Part shown: piece by piece, positions 12,130 through 22,076 of the stretch | How the letters are laid out: each line of letters opens with the position of its first letter | Numbering within the stretch: position 1 is the stretch's first letter | Source of the DNA: Octopus bimaculoides | Taxonomy: Eukaryota | Assembly: GCF_001194135.2 (NCBI RefSeq) | Contig: NC_069005.1 | Location: forward strand, 12,092,810-12,127,150 | Length of the DNA: 34,341 nt | Direction of reading: 5' to 3' | Notes under the pieces: model-generated | Databases searched by the model: none | What the model was told of the DNA's origin: nothing | The model's input: only the letters and a program-made list of their open reading frames with translations | Translations under genes and position numbers: made by a program

Positions 12130-13140
12130 ATACGTATTTCCCATTTTTCTAGGAGGGAGTAGTCACAGCAAGATATACACCAGACATTCCGTTCATTTCC
12201 CAGCTCGAAGGGGCGAGCCCCGTTCTATGCTCGGGTCAAGACATAGAGCGAAATCCCCAGTATCAGCAGCGGGGCCTGACAGCATATGCTTGTTTACCCC
12301 TGCCGCACCATGCTGACTCCGTACCTCTTTGAGCAACATCAAAATTCACTCATCTATCCACAAACACTCTCCAAGCTTTCCTATCATTCATAAACCCTCT
12401 TGCCTCTCTCACTTCAACAACTCTAACCACCAAAGTTTTCTTCACTTCATCCATCCACACAAACCGAGGTCTGCCTCTGGTTCTGCTGTCTATCACTTCA
12501 GCCTTCATCACCCTGACTCACCTGCCATTTCTCTCCATTTTCTCCCACCACTGGGGCTCCCCTACCAAGGATTTTAGCATTTACCCCTCTCACAACACCA
12601 TCCATATATAAATTAAACAGGCGCGTCGACATTACACAACGCTGTGTTAACTCCACCTTCACATCAAACCAATCACTTACTTCATCGCCCACGCTAACGC
12701 ACGCCCTTCTTTCTCTACAAAAACTCTCAACAGCTCTCAACAATCTACCATCTACTCCATACAACCGCAACACCTTTCACATTGCATCTCTATCCACTCG
12801 GTCACATGCCTTCTCTAGGTCCATAAAGGCCCAATACACCTCACTTCCTTTTGCCGAAAACTTTTCACACATCTGTCTTACTACAAATATTTGATCTGTA
12901 CACCCGCTTCCACTCCTAAAACCACACTGCTCCTCCCCTAGTACATTCTCTGTCTGGTTCCTCCCCTAACAACCAGAATTCTTCAATACAGTTTACCAAC
13001 CACACACAACAGACTATACCCCTAAGATTTCCACACTCACATTTATCCCATTTATCCTTGTACAGTGACACTACACAGGCACTGCACCAGTCCTTTGATA
13101 CTCTCCCAGCCATATAACAAACATTCATAAGCCTCACTAC
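12130..13140 (-). mobile_element. RTE-clade non-LTR retrotransposon (LINE) remnant: 5'-truncated, frameshifted RT with internal deletion, ORF C-terminus and 3' UTR
   Basis: Minus-strand translation gives RT motifs (RVSKDWCSACVVSLYKDKWDKCECGNLRGI; LRLYGVDGRLLRAVESF; DWFDVKVELTQRCVMSTRLFNLYMDGVVRGVNAK), a decayed form of the GLRQGCVMSPWLFN motif. After a junction near 12512 comes the typical RTE C-terminus RGRPRFVWMDEVKK...DRKAWRVFVDR* (stop 12350-12352). The 3' boundary is approximate. Confidence 0.9.
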
Positions 13141-13183
13141 CGGGCCAGGGTAGACCTGAGAACGATAGTGGCTGACGTGGTTT

Positions 13184-13214
<31 letters not shown>

Positions 13215-13936
13215 TAAATAATAAGGGTAACAAACTGAATATTAATTTGATTAATATCAATTTAAAACCAGATGCCTAGCATATTGAAAATGTCTGAAGC
13301 TTCAGAAAAAATTATTTCCATTTAGTGGTATCCCTATTAAATGTATGTAAGGTATANNNNNNNNNNNNNNNNNNNNNNNNNNNNNNNNNNNNNNNNNNNN
13401 NNNNNNNNNNNNNNNNNNNNNNNNNNNNNNNNNNNNNNNNNNNNNNNNNNNNNNNNNNNNNNNNNNNNNNNNNNNNNNNNNNNNNNNNNNNNNNNNNNNN
13501 NNNNNNNNNNNNNNNNNNNNNNNNNNNNNNNNNNNNNNNNNNNNNNNNNNNNNNNNNNNNNNNNNNNNNNNNNNNNNNNNNNNNNNNNNNNNNNNNNNNN
13601 NNNNNNNNNNNNNNNNNNNNNNNNNNNNNNNNNNNNNNNNNNNNNNNNNNNNNNNNNNNNNNNNNNNNNNNNNNNNNNNNNNNNNNNNNNNNNNNNNNNN
13701 NNNNNNNNNNNNNNNNNNNNNNNNNNNNNNNNNNNNNNNNNNNNNNNNNNNNNNNNNNNNNNNNNNNNNNNNNNNNNNNNNNNNNNNNNNNNNNNNNNNN
13801 NNNNNNNNNNNNNNNNNNNNNNNNNNNNNNNNNNNNNNNNNNNNNNNNNNNNNNNNNNNNAGTGTTTGCTAAAACTTTAAAAATTTTGTTCGGTTGCTGC
13901 TGCTGTTATTATAATTATCATGATTATTATTATTAT

Positions 13937-14242
13937 TGGTGATTTGACTCAGGTTCATTCTATTCCTGGTAGAATTTATGTGGGTAACGGGCTACTATTT
14001 GTAACCTTAGGTATCCACAAGTTTTAATAGTCTTTCAAGCCCCCCCCCCCACCGATAATGCTTCCTGTCCTTAAGAGCCAAAATTGCTGTAGGAGTTCTA
14101 CAAGAGAGTCTATTCCAAGTACTTTCAACCATTTCTCCATATTTTTACTCATAGTTCTCAAAGCATCAATTATTACAAGCAGAATCTTTACAGTTTTCAT
14201 ATTCCAAAGACATGCAATTTCAAATTCTAAAGGATTGTATTT
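13937..14242 (-). mobile_element. Second, more diverged R4/Dong-like 3' fragment (RLE C-terminus plus 3' UTR)
   Basis: Minus frame 14242-14024 reads KYNPLEFEIACLWNMKTVKILLVIIDALRTMSKNMEKWLKVLGIDSLVELLQQFWLLRTGSII..., which aligns to KYKDLEIEITRMWNLKTETIPIIVGALG...IQKLALLGTAHIL of the 16.6 kb copy. The 3' UTR ends in (AAT)n at about 13937-13921. It lacks a start codon, so it is absent from the ORF track. Confidence 0.75.
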
Positions 14243-14257
14243 TTTTTATCATTTACC

Positions 14258-14340
14258 ATTATTCTGGTTTGGCTCAGTTTCTGTCTTATTCCTGTGGGTA
14301 GCGGATTAGTATCTGTAATCTTAGATACCCACAAGTTTTC
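14258..14340 (-). mobile_element. Extra 3'-UTR-only copy of the 13.9-14.2 kb element
   Basis: Minus-strand gaaaacttgtgggtatctaagattacagatactaatccgctacccaca...gagccaaaccagaataat matches aaaacttgtggatacctaaggttacaaatagtagcccgttacccaca...gagtcaaatcaccaataat at 14025-13935. Confidence 0.7.
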
Positions 14341-14347
14341 AGCTGCA

Positions 14348-14412
<65 letters not shown>
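14348..14412. repeat. (ATT)n microsatellite
   Basis: Direct reading. Confidence 0.97.
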
Positions 14413-14413
<1 letters not shown>

Positions 14414-14582
14414 CGAGCTGGCAGAATTGTCAGTATGCCGGGAAAAATGTTTAGCGGCATTTTGCCCTTCCTTACAAATCAAATTCCTGATTAAATAATT
14501 ACCATTTGAGCACTGGGGGATCGATATAATCGACTTAGCCTCTCTCCCCAAAATTGCTGGCTTTGTTCAAAATTTAAAACCA
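14413..14582 (+). mobile_element. Group A SINE with internal deletion
   Basis: gagctggcagaattgtcag head, ttgagcactggggatcgatataatcgactt and caaaatttaaaacc tail followed by attatt. Confidence 0.8.
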
Positions 14583-14776
14583 TTATTGTTATCATCACCA
14601 TCCTCATCATCATCAATCGCATTGTTTTTATTATAAATATACACAATGTGCACAGATAAATGCGTAAGACCATTACGAGTGCAGTAAAAATGTTCGCTGC
14701 ATATATCACAGCAGGCTACTTCAACCAAGTGCATTAATGAGCTGTAATATACTTCAGCTGTACTACACTGTGCCAC
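14567..14776 (-). other. Short ORF containing one C2H2 zinc-finger signature (coding status unproven)
   Basis: CDICSEHFYCTRNGLTHLSVH at 14710-14648 fits C-x2-C-x3-F-x8-H-x3-H. Single finger, no TGEKP linker; the 3' end runs into repeats. Confidence 0.25.
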
Positions 14777-15359
14777 TTTACTCTACACAACGCATCTTCC
14801 ATGAATTATTGAAGATAGAATCTTTAGAAGGAGAACCGGACGAGGAATATTAGATTCCAATCAATGAAGATGTCATGTCACATTTTCTATGAACATTGCG
14901 CTTGCCGACTGTGTTCTTTTCTTTCTATTTTTCATGGCTATTCTAAATACTGAACAAAGCGTCATCACCTGAATAGCAGAACATAGCAGAATCAAAGAAC
15001 ACATCAATCATACGATAATGAATTAAACTGAACTGATATCCTTCGGGATATCCAGCAAGTATATCAATTCACAAAAGCGTATCGCATGTAACATATCCTT
15101 TGAGTGGTTTTTGACGTTATTAAGGTTTTGGCTGTTGTGAGATTTCGGCTGTTGTTGATTTTTAAAGCGACACATAGAGTTGTTACGTTAATACACTGAT
15201 CAGTATAAAGCTTTGGGAGTTAACTGGGAAAAAGTTTAGGGGTTACATTGTGAGAGTAAATTACATTTGACTTACGTATATTTCGTAGAAATCTCAAGAG
15301 CTTTTACTGTTTGTTATATTATAATGACTTCTGACAGCATTAAAATGACAAAAAGATGT

Positions 15360-15470
15360 GCCTCACGGTATTTGCCCAGGCGTTCGGCACTCTGAGTTCA
15401 AGTTCAAATCTCATTGAGATCAGCGTCGATCTTTATCTCTAGAGGGTCGGTAAAATTAGTACTGGACTCG
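15360..15470 (+). mobile_element. Degenerate group A SINE fragment
   Basis: ctctgagttcaagttcaaatc...gggtcggtaaaattagtactgg resembles the group A B-box and core. Confidence 0.4.
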
Positions 15471-16246
15471 GTCACCTTTCCTCTCCCTCACAACCCTTAT
15501 TTGTCTTTCTATCTGCCTCCCCTCCCGTATCTTTTTCTCTTTTTCTTCTTTTTTCTTTCATTCTTTTCTTTCTTTCTTTTTTTCTTTATTTATTTCTCGA
15601 AGTCTGCTATGTTTTGTCGTGAATCTGTTGGCTGAAAATTCACGAAGTCGCTCTCTTGAAAGCTTGAGAAAGTTTGGCCAAAGGGTTATCAACCTCTTCA
15701 GTTAGTAAAACGGTTACGTTAGTGGAGCCGTTCAGCAATGGACTGATGCGCAGCCGTACAATACAGAACGAGAAAAAAAATAAGTATTTCTTCTGCTACT
15801 GATATAGTTCTGCGTCATTTAACACAATACGTCCATAAGAGATATATCGTCCGGATGAATATCGCAGTTGATTTGGCTTTCCGTGATGCGTTTGAATTAA
15901 GTATGACACACTGATTGCTATTTTGATCTAACATACTGAATTTTTATTAGCTGTGCTGATAACTGCGACACCAGTAATAATTTTTTAGTCATTGTTTTCC
16001 TGTATCAGTGACGACGGATTTTCACTTTGCCTGCGGTTGAAAGTGCGTATGCGTAACTAGAAAAGCTCAGACAAGCAAAATGGTAAAGATGCGCATCTAG
16101 CATTTCCACCACTGCTGCCCGATGAGTTTTATTTGCCGTTGATGAAGATGTTGCTAATGATGGTAATGACTACAATAAACAACAACAGCAACAAGAACAA
16201 CAACAACAACGACGACGACGATGACGACAGCCACACTGATAATAAT

Positions 16247-16463
16247 AATGGTTACAAATTTTGACACCACAAGGCCAGCAATTTAGGGGGAGGGGCTTAG
16301 TCGATTATATCGAACCAGTATTCAGCTGGTACTTATTTTATTGAGCCGAAAGGATGAAAGGTAAAGTCGACCCCGACGGAATTTGAACTCAGAACGTGAA
16401 GGCGGACGCAATGTTGCTAAACGTTTTGCCCAGCGTGCTAACGATTCTACCAGCTCGCCGCTT
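16247..16463 (-). mobile_element. Group A SINE, near full length
   Basis: Reverse complement of head (ttctaccagctcgcc), core (ccgaaaggatgaaaggtaaagtcgacc) and tail (caaggccagcaattt); (AAT)n on both sides. Confidence 0.88.
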
Positions 16464-16498
16464 TAATAATAATACTAATAGCAATAATAATAATAATG

Positions 16499-16541
<43 letters not shown>

Positions 16542-16564
16542 TAATAATAATAATAATAATAATA
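16464..16564. repeat. (AAT)n microsatellite, interrupted
   Basis: Direct reading. Confidence 0.97.
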
Positions 16565-17052
16565 AAACACACGCCAGAAAAGGTCACAGAAAACGAGAAA
16601 GCAACCATACTCTGGGATATGCCAATACACACAGATAGAGAAATTAAGGCAAATAGACCAGATATAGTTGTCAAAGATCATGAAGGAAAAAAATGCCTTC
16701 TAATTGATGTTTCAATACCAGCAGATGACAACGTTTCTCTAAAAGAAATGGAAAAACTTTCAAAATACAAAGACCTGGAAATAGAGATAACTCGAATGTG
16801 GAATCTAAAAACAGAAACAATTCCTATCATAGTAGGTGCCTTAGGTATAATAAAAAAAATATTCAGACAAATACATAACAAAAACACCAGGACTTACAAA
16901 TATATATAACATACAGAAACTTGCACTACTGGGTACTGCACACATTCTACGCAAAACACTTTCAATACAGTAAACATAAGAGCACCACAGCACATACCCA
17001 AGGCGCACAGAGCTGCGCTCGGTAGTGAAGTGAAAGCACGTTATAAAAATAA
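16565..17052 (+). mobile_element. R4/Dong-like non-LTR retrotransposon 3' fragment encoding a restriction-like endonuclease, 5'-truncated, flanked by (AAT)n
   Basis: Translates as KHTPEKVTENEKATILWDMPIHTDREIKANRPDIVVKDHEGKKCLLIDVSIP...KYKDLEIEITRMWNLKTETIPIIVGALGIIKK. After a +1 slip in the A-run near 16852-16859 it continues YSDKYITKTPGLTNIYNIQKLALLGTAHILRKTLSIQ* (stop 16971-16973). RPD...D...K is the RLE motif. A short 3' UTR runs into (AAT)n. Confidence 0.88.
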
Positions 17053-17127
17053 AAATAATAATAATAATAATAATAATACACTACGTAAAATACTGTCTAT
17101 GTGATCTCAAATTTTAAATCAAACACA

Positions 17128-17128
<1 letters not shown>

Positions 17129-17158
<30 letters not shown>

Positions 17159-17251
17159 AAGAAGAAGAAGAAGAAGAAGAAGAAGAAGAAGAAGAAGAAG
17201 AAGAAGAAGAAGAAGAAGAAGAAGAAGAAGAAGAAGAAGAAGAAGAAGAAG
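17129..17251. repeat. Pure (AAG)41 microsatellite
   Basis: 123 uninterrupted bases. Confidence 0.97.
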
Positions 17252-17257
17252 AATGCT

Positions 17258-17500
17258 ACTGTTATCGAATGAACAATATTTCGACACTTCCTGTGTCTTC
17301 CACAAGTTCAAAATAATCATCGCAATCTACTTCATTTTGATAATATTTAAGGATTGGCGTTACTCTTCCCGAAGGTAAAGAAACAATAAGAAGAGTGCGA
17401 CTGTGGAAGACACACGAAGTGTCGAAATATTGTTCATTCGATAACAGTCGCACATTTCTTATTGTTTCTTTACCTTCGGGAGGAGTAACGTCAATCCTTA

Positions 17501-17503
<3 letters not shown>
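17258..17503. repeat. Interleaved inverted duplication A-x-B-A'-B'
   Basis: A 17258-17304 vs A' 17402-17448 match at 46/47 in reverse complement; B 17345-17404 vs B' 17444-17503 match at 56/60 (hand alignment). Confidence 0.93.
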
Positions 17504-17547
<44 letters not shown>

Positions 17548-17578
17548 CAATAATAATAATAATAATAATAACAACAAC

Positions 17579-17642
<64 letters not shown>

Positions 17643-17669
17643 GCAATAATAATAATAATGATGATGATG

Positions 17670-17729
<60 letters not shown>
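17501..17729. repeat. (AAT)n array with AAC/GAT interruptions
   Basis: Direct reading. Confidence 0.97.
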
Positions 17730-17732
<3 letters not shown>

Positions 17733-18280
17733 GCCCGGATGCAGTCCCAGGCAGTGACTCTCATGGCTTCTGATCTTAATTGATTGGAAGTGTTATGATG
17801 CACATTGTTTTGTATTGGTATAAAAGATACAGTAAATATTCTGCTCAGTACCACGGATTTGCTTGTCAGTTGTTTGACCTTAACCAGTTGAGCATGTCAC
17901 TTGGTGGCTGACGATATGTGCATCTCTGATCACGAGCAGAAGTAGTGGGGGAGCATCATAGTCATGTGTTGAGAGGAATTCTTTGGGGTTTGAATAATTT
18001 ACCTTTGGAAACATGGGTGTTTTGCTGAACATCTTTAAACAAATCTTATTCAGGGATCTTTTGAGCGGGATGGGCTACTCGACCTGAAGAAAATTCTAAC
18101 TGGGTCCCACCTGCGAGGTCATGCGCTGTTAATCTTCATATGAGATCACCATGTCGCGTACATATAGTTGTGATGCATGCGCCTGGTGTACCCTTATCAG
18201 ACGGGTAGTCATGATGGGTATAATGGACCTCGTATATTTTACTCCAGTGTCACTTTGATGGCATGCACTGCTCTCTCACT
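17730..18280. mobile_element. Unclassified approximately 550-bp non-coding element bounded by (AAT)n arrays
   Basis: Sharp boundaries against (AAT)n on both sides, more balanced base composition than the flanks, no TIR and no convincing ORF. It resembles an abundant cephalopod repeat from memory only. Confidence 0.55.
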
Positions 18281-18281
18281 C

Positions 18282-18347
<66 letters not shown>
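18281..18347. repeat. (AAT)n microsatellite
   Basis: Direct reading. Confidence 0.97.
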
Positions 18348-18348
<1 letters not shown>

Positions 18349-18563
18349 GTTTCAGATTTTGCGACAAGGGCAGCTGTGTGCGGGGAAGGGGATGAGATGA
18401 TTACATCGACCCCAGTGTCTAACTGGTACTCATTTCATCCACGCCCAGGAGGATGAAACGTAAAATCGACGTTGGCGAAATTTCAACACAAAACGCAGCG
18501 ACGAGCGAAATACCGCGAAGCACTTCGTCCAGCGCGCTAACGATTCTGCCAGCTCACCGTCTT
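18348..18563 (-). mobile_element. Group A SINE
   Basis: Same head, core and tail (gctaacgattctgccagctcacc; attacatcgaccccagtgtctaactggtac); (AAT)n on the left and (AGT)n on the right. Confidence 0.85.
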
Positions 18564-18580
18564 AGTAGTAGTAGTAGTAA

Positions 18581-18619
<39 letters not shown>

Positions 18620-18620
18620 C

Positions 18621-18652
<32 letters not shown>

Positions 18653-18653
18653 C

Positions 18654-18697
<44 letters not shown>

Positions 18698-18740
18698 CAG
18701 TAGTAGTAGTAGTAGTAATACTAACAACAACAACAACAAC
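18563..18740. repeat. (AGT)n array with AGC interruptions followed by (AAC)n
   Basis: Direct reading. Confidence 0.97.
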
Positions 18741-19319
18741 ACCCCCAGAAGGAAAAGAGAAGACCATGCATAATTGGAATGAAGAATTGTTACATCCTTC
18801 GGCACCCAAGTACGGATGAGGTAAAACATCAGACAGTGGTTGGTGGAGATAACATAGTGAGACCTCCGTCCAGCAGAGAAATGAACCTATTCAAGGATGA
18901 TCAATAGCATGCCCAAACATGATCATTGGTATTATTTTCAAATGACAACGGATTTTCACATGGTTGTTGTAATAGGAAGGCGGCTGCAGCAACGCATTGT
19001 GGCGTGCAGAGAACATATTTGAGGCATGCGAGTCATCTTGGTCATCTACTGCATCCATCACCATCATCTTGATCTGGTCTTGCTATAAGATCATGGACAG
19101 GAGAGTGAGGTTCATGGTGCGCTACTTTAATAAATTCACCACGCAAGTTATCAGTCATCCGTTCCGTAAAGATGACTAGATGGTCCTCGTCGTTCCGACG
19201 AACAAACAAGCTATCAGTCGTATTCTTTTGATAGCTCTTTAGCCTAGGTTAAGTCCTACTGGGCAGAAGTATGACCAAAACCATTCAACACTTAATTCCT
19301 TTTTCTTTTTTTTTTTACT

Positions 19320-19700
19320 GGATTCAATCATTGGACTTCAACCATGTTGGATTGACGATTGGAATAATGTAATCGATTAAATCGAAGACTGTACTTTTAA
19401 ATGTGGTGCTTATTTTATCAGCGTTGTTTTGACGAACCGCTACTTTACGATCACTTTAAACAAAGCGAACCCGTTACTAAGAAGAGAGACATATATATAC
19501 ACGCGCACGCACATACACGCTAACTCTCGCACATACATATATGACGGGCTTCTGTACAGTTTTTGTTCCCTAGATTCACTTACATTGGTCGATTGATGTC
19601 TATAGTAATAAGCATTTGCTGAGAGTGCTGGGCAGAAGAAGTGAACCCAAACACATATGAGCGAGGCAAATTTCTTAACCACGGCGCCACATCGGCTCCC
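19320..19700 (-). mobile_element. Old, degenerate group C SINE
   Basis: ttcaaccatgttgg, ttttgacgaaccgct, internal (TA/CA)n, gacgggcttctgtacagttt and ttcttaaccac in the expected order. Confidence 0.5.
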
Positions 19701-20802
19701 ATCCATTATTTTTCCAGTAATACTGTAAATATGGTGTTTATTATCCAAACGAGTAGTTTTTGGGGGTAATAGAGTAGGGGACCATTTGAGTGAGATTTGG
19801 CTCCTCTTTATTTTTAACAGTTGCAGTTACCTACAAGAAAACTTTTTTTTTTTGGCTTATTCCCAAGGAAATTGGTGATTTAAGAAAGTCTAAAACGCTT
19901 CCAAGTCGGTCATTGTACCATTCACCGTTTCTTTGTCTCTTTTGCTCTCCTCTTTCTCTCTCACCCCTTCTCTCTCTTGCTTGGTTGACTAATTAACTGG
20001 AATTAATTCACTTGTATGATGCAACCCGAGAACCCTATTTTTACTCCACCTTTCTTCTACCCGAAATAAATTCTATGCATTATTGATTTGTTACACTAGC
20101 AGAAAACTGATTACGTTGTAGGTGTGAGGTTAGGGGTTACTACTATCGATTAGATAGAGTCAGAATCTGAAGAGTGTTTATTGTGTTTTGTAGTTTCTGC
20201 ATAGCTCAAAGAGAAGCATTTCCCACCGCTACTACCACTATCGAAGGAGGGAGCAGAAATAAATGAAAAACATGTATCATTATAATCCGTCACTCATTTG
20301 CCCACGGCAGTGGATAGTTTTGTTTTCTAATATTCACTCTCATATTGGCTTTTGGTGCAAAGTGCACCCTTGTCTATATTGCTGGCAGGGAGATAAATCC
20401 CCGCCACTGGTAGCGCTGAGACCACCAGATGATATGGTTTTGACCTTCTTTGGTCTTGCTAATAATGGACACTTGAGCGCCAGAGATAGCAGCGTCTCAT
20501 CTCCACACCAGCGATATATAGAAAATCAGTGCCACAACAGGGACTGATTTTCTAAATAAGAGTGGATAAAGTATGTCCGATAAATATATTGGTTCCAGAT
20601 AAAATTACAAGATCTAGAATTCGGAAGTAGTGGATTAGACTATTCCATTGACTTCGGTACTTGACTGGCACTTTATTTCATCGATCTGGAAGGGAGTTGA
20701 TTCTAGAAGGTATAGAACAAGAAGAAATGCAGTAAAGGATTTCTTTTTCCGATGCCTAACCGATTCTGCTATATCGTGGCCATTGCGTGATAGACATATT
20801 GC

Positions 20803-21575
20803 TTTCAAATTTTGGTACAAGGCCAGCAATTTCAGAGGATCGAGTAAGTCGATTACATCGACCCCAGTGTTCAACTGGTACTCATTTTATTAACTCCAAA
20901 AGGCTGAAATGTAAAGTCAGATTTAGAGGAATTTAAACACAAGGACGGACTAAAGGGTGCTATGGCTTTGTCCTGCGTGCGAATGGTTCCTCCAGCTCAC
21001 CACAATGTGTGATTGATAAACTGGTTTCAAATTTTGGCACAAAGACAACAATTTCGAAGGGGATGGGTATAATCGATAACATCAACGCCAGCAATCAACT
21101 CGCACTTTTTTATCGACCCCGAAAGGATGAAAGGCATGGTCAACATCAGTGGAATTTGAATTTAAGACGATTGAAATGCCGTATTTTTCTCAGTATGCTA
21201 GCGATTCTGCCAATTCGCCGTCTTGCATGTAAGATATATTCTTTTCTACTCTAGCTACAAGGCCCGAAATTTTTAGAGAGCGGGCCAGTCGATTAGATCT
21301 ACCTCAGTACACAACCGGTACTTAATTTATCGACCCAGAAAGGATGAAAGGCAAAGTCGACCTTGGCGGAATTTGAACTCTGAACGTAAAGACCGACGAA
21401 ACACTTCTAAGCATTTCGCCCGGCATGCTAACGTTTCTTGTTTCTTTATTGCCCAGAAGGGGCTAAACATAGAGGGGACAAACAAGGACAGGCAAAGGGA
21501 TTAAGTCGATTACATCGACCCCAGTGCGTAACTGGTACTTAATTTATCGACCCCGAAAGGATGGAAGGCACAGTT
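20803..21575 (-). mobile_element. Cluster of four same-orientation group A core SINEs with three different 3' tails
   Basis: Copies at about 20803-21003, 21023-21224, 21235-21438 and 21439-21575, each with atcgacc..aaaggatgaaaggc-like core. A further very decayed copy may lie at 20630-20775. Confidence 0.85.
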
Positions 21576-22076
21576 GCCCCTGTGTGTGAGACATATTGAA
21601 TGATAGAATAAGCATAATTAAATGAAGATTGAAACTGCGTTGCGAGAATAGCTTATTGCTGGTTCACCTCTTGCTATGCCATGTTTACTTTATTGTTATA
21701 GATCAATTTCTAATACAGAAACAATAATACAACTTTGGACGAATATCGTAAAGGGCACTAATTTAACACCACAAAACATTTGGTTCAGCGCTTTGTTGAT
21801 TCTGTCAACCTACTACTCTTGTAGAAATTTATTACAAGGACAAAAATGTGCAGAAAATGTGTATAGAGTCTGTTGTGTTGATTCAACTAAATTTCACATT
21901 GTAATTTCCTCAAGCCTAAAGCAATCCACTTCAGTGTTTTTGATTTGTTTTTTGTGGAACTAATATTAGAGTTTTCTGATTGGGTTTGCATGCACTTCTT
22001 TCACAGTACAGAATAATATATCTAAGAGGAGGCAAAAATAGCACATTCAACTTTGTTTTATGAAAAATATTATTAT

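Noticed and set aside
17498-18829. Poly-I, poly-N, poly-S, poly-T and poly-L ORFs
   Set aside because: Trinucleotide microsatellite translations.
18970-19130. Faint similarity to an RTE C-terminus (RRLQ..HC.RA..LIW..HG)
   Set aside because: It needs several frameshifts and cannot be separated from chance without a profile search.
20125-20140. Telomere-like ggttaggggtt (also near 7262)
   Set aside because: Single units with no tandem array.
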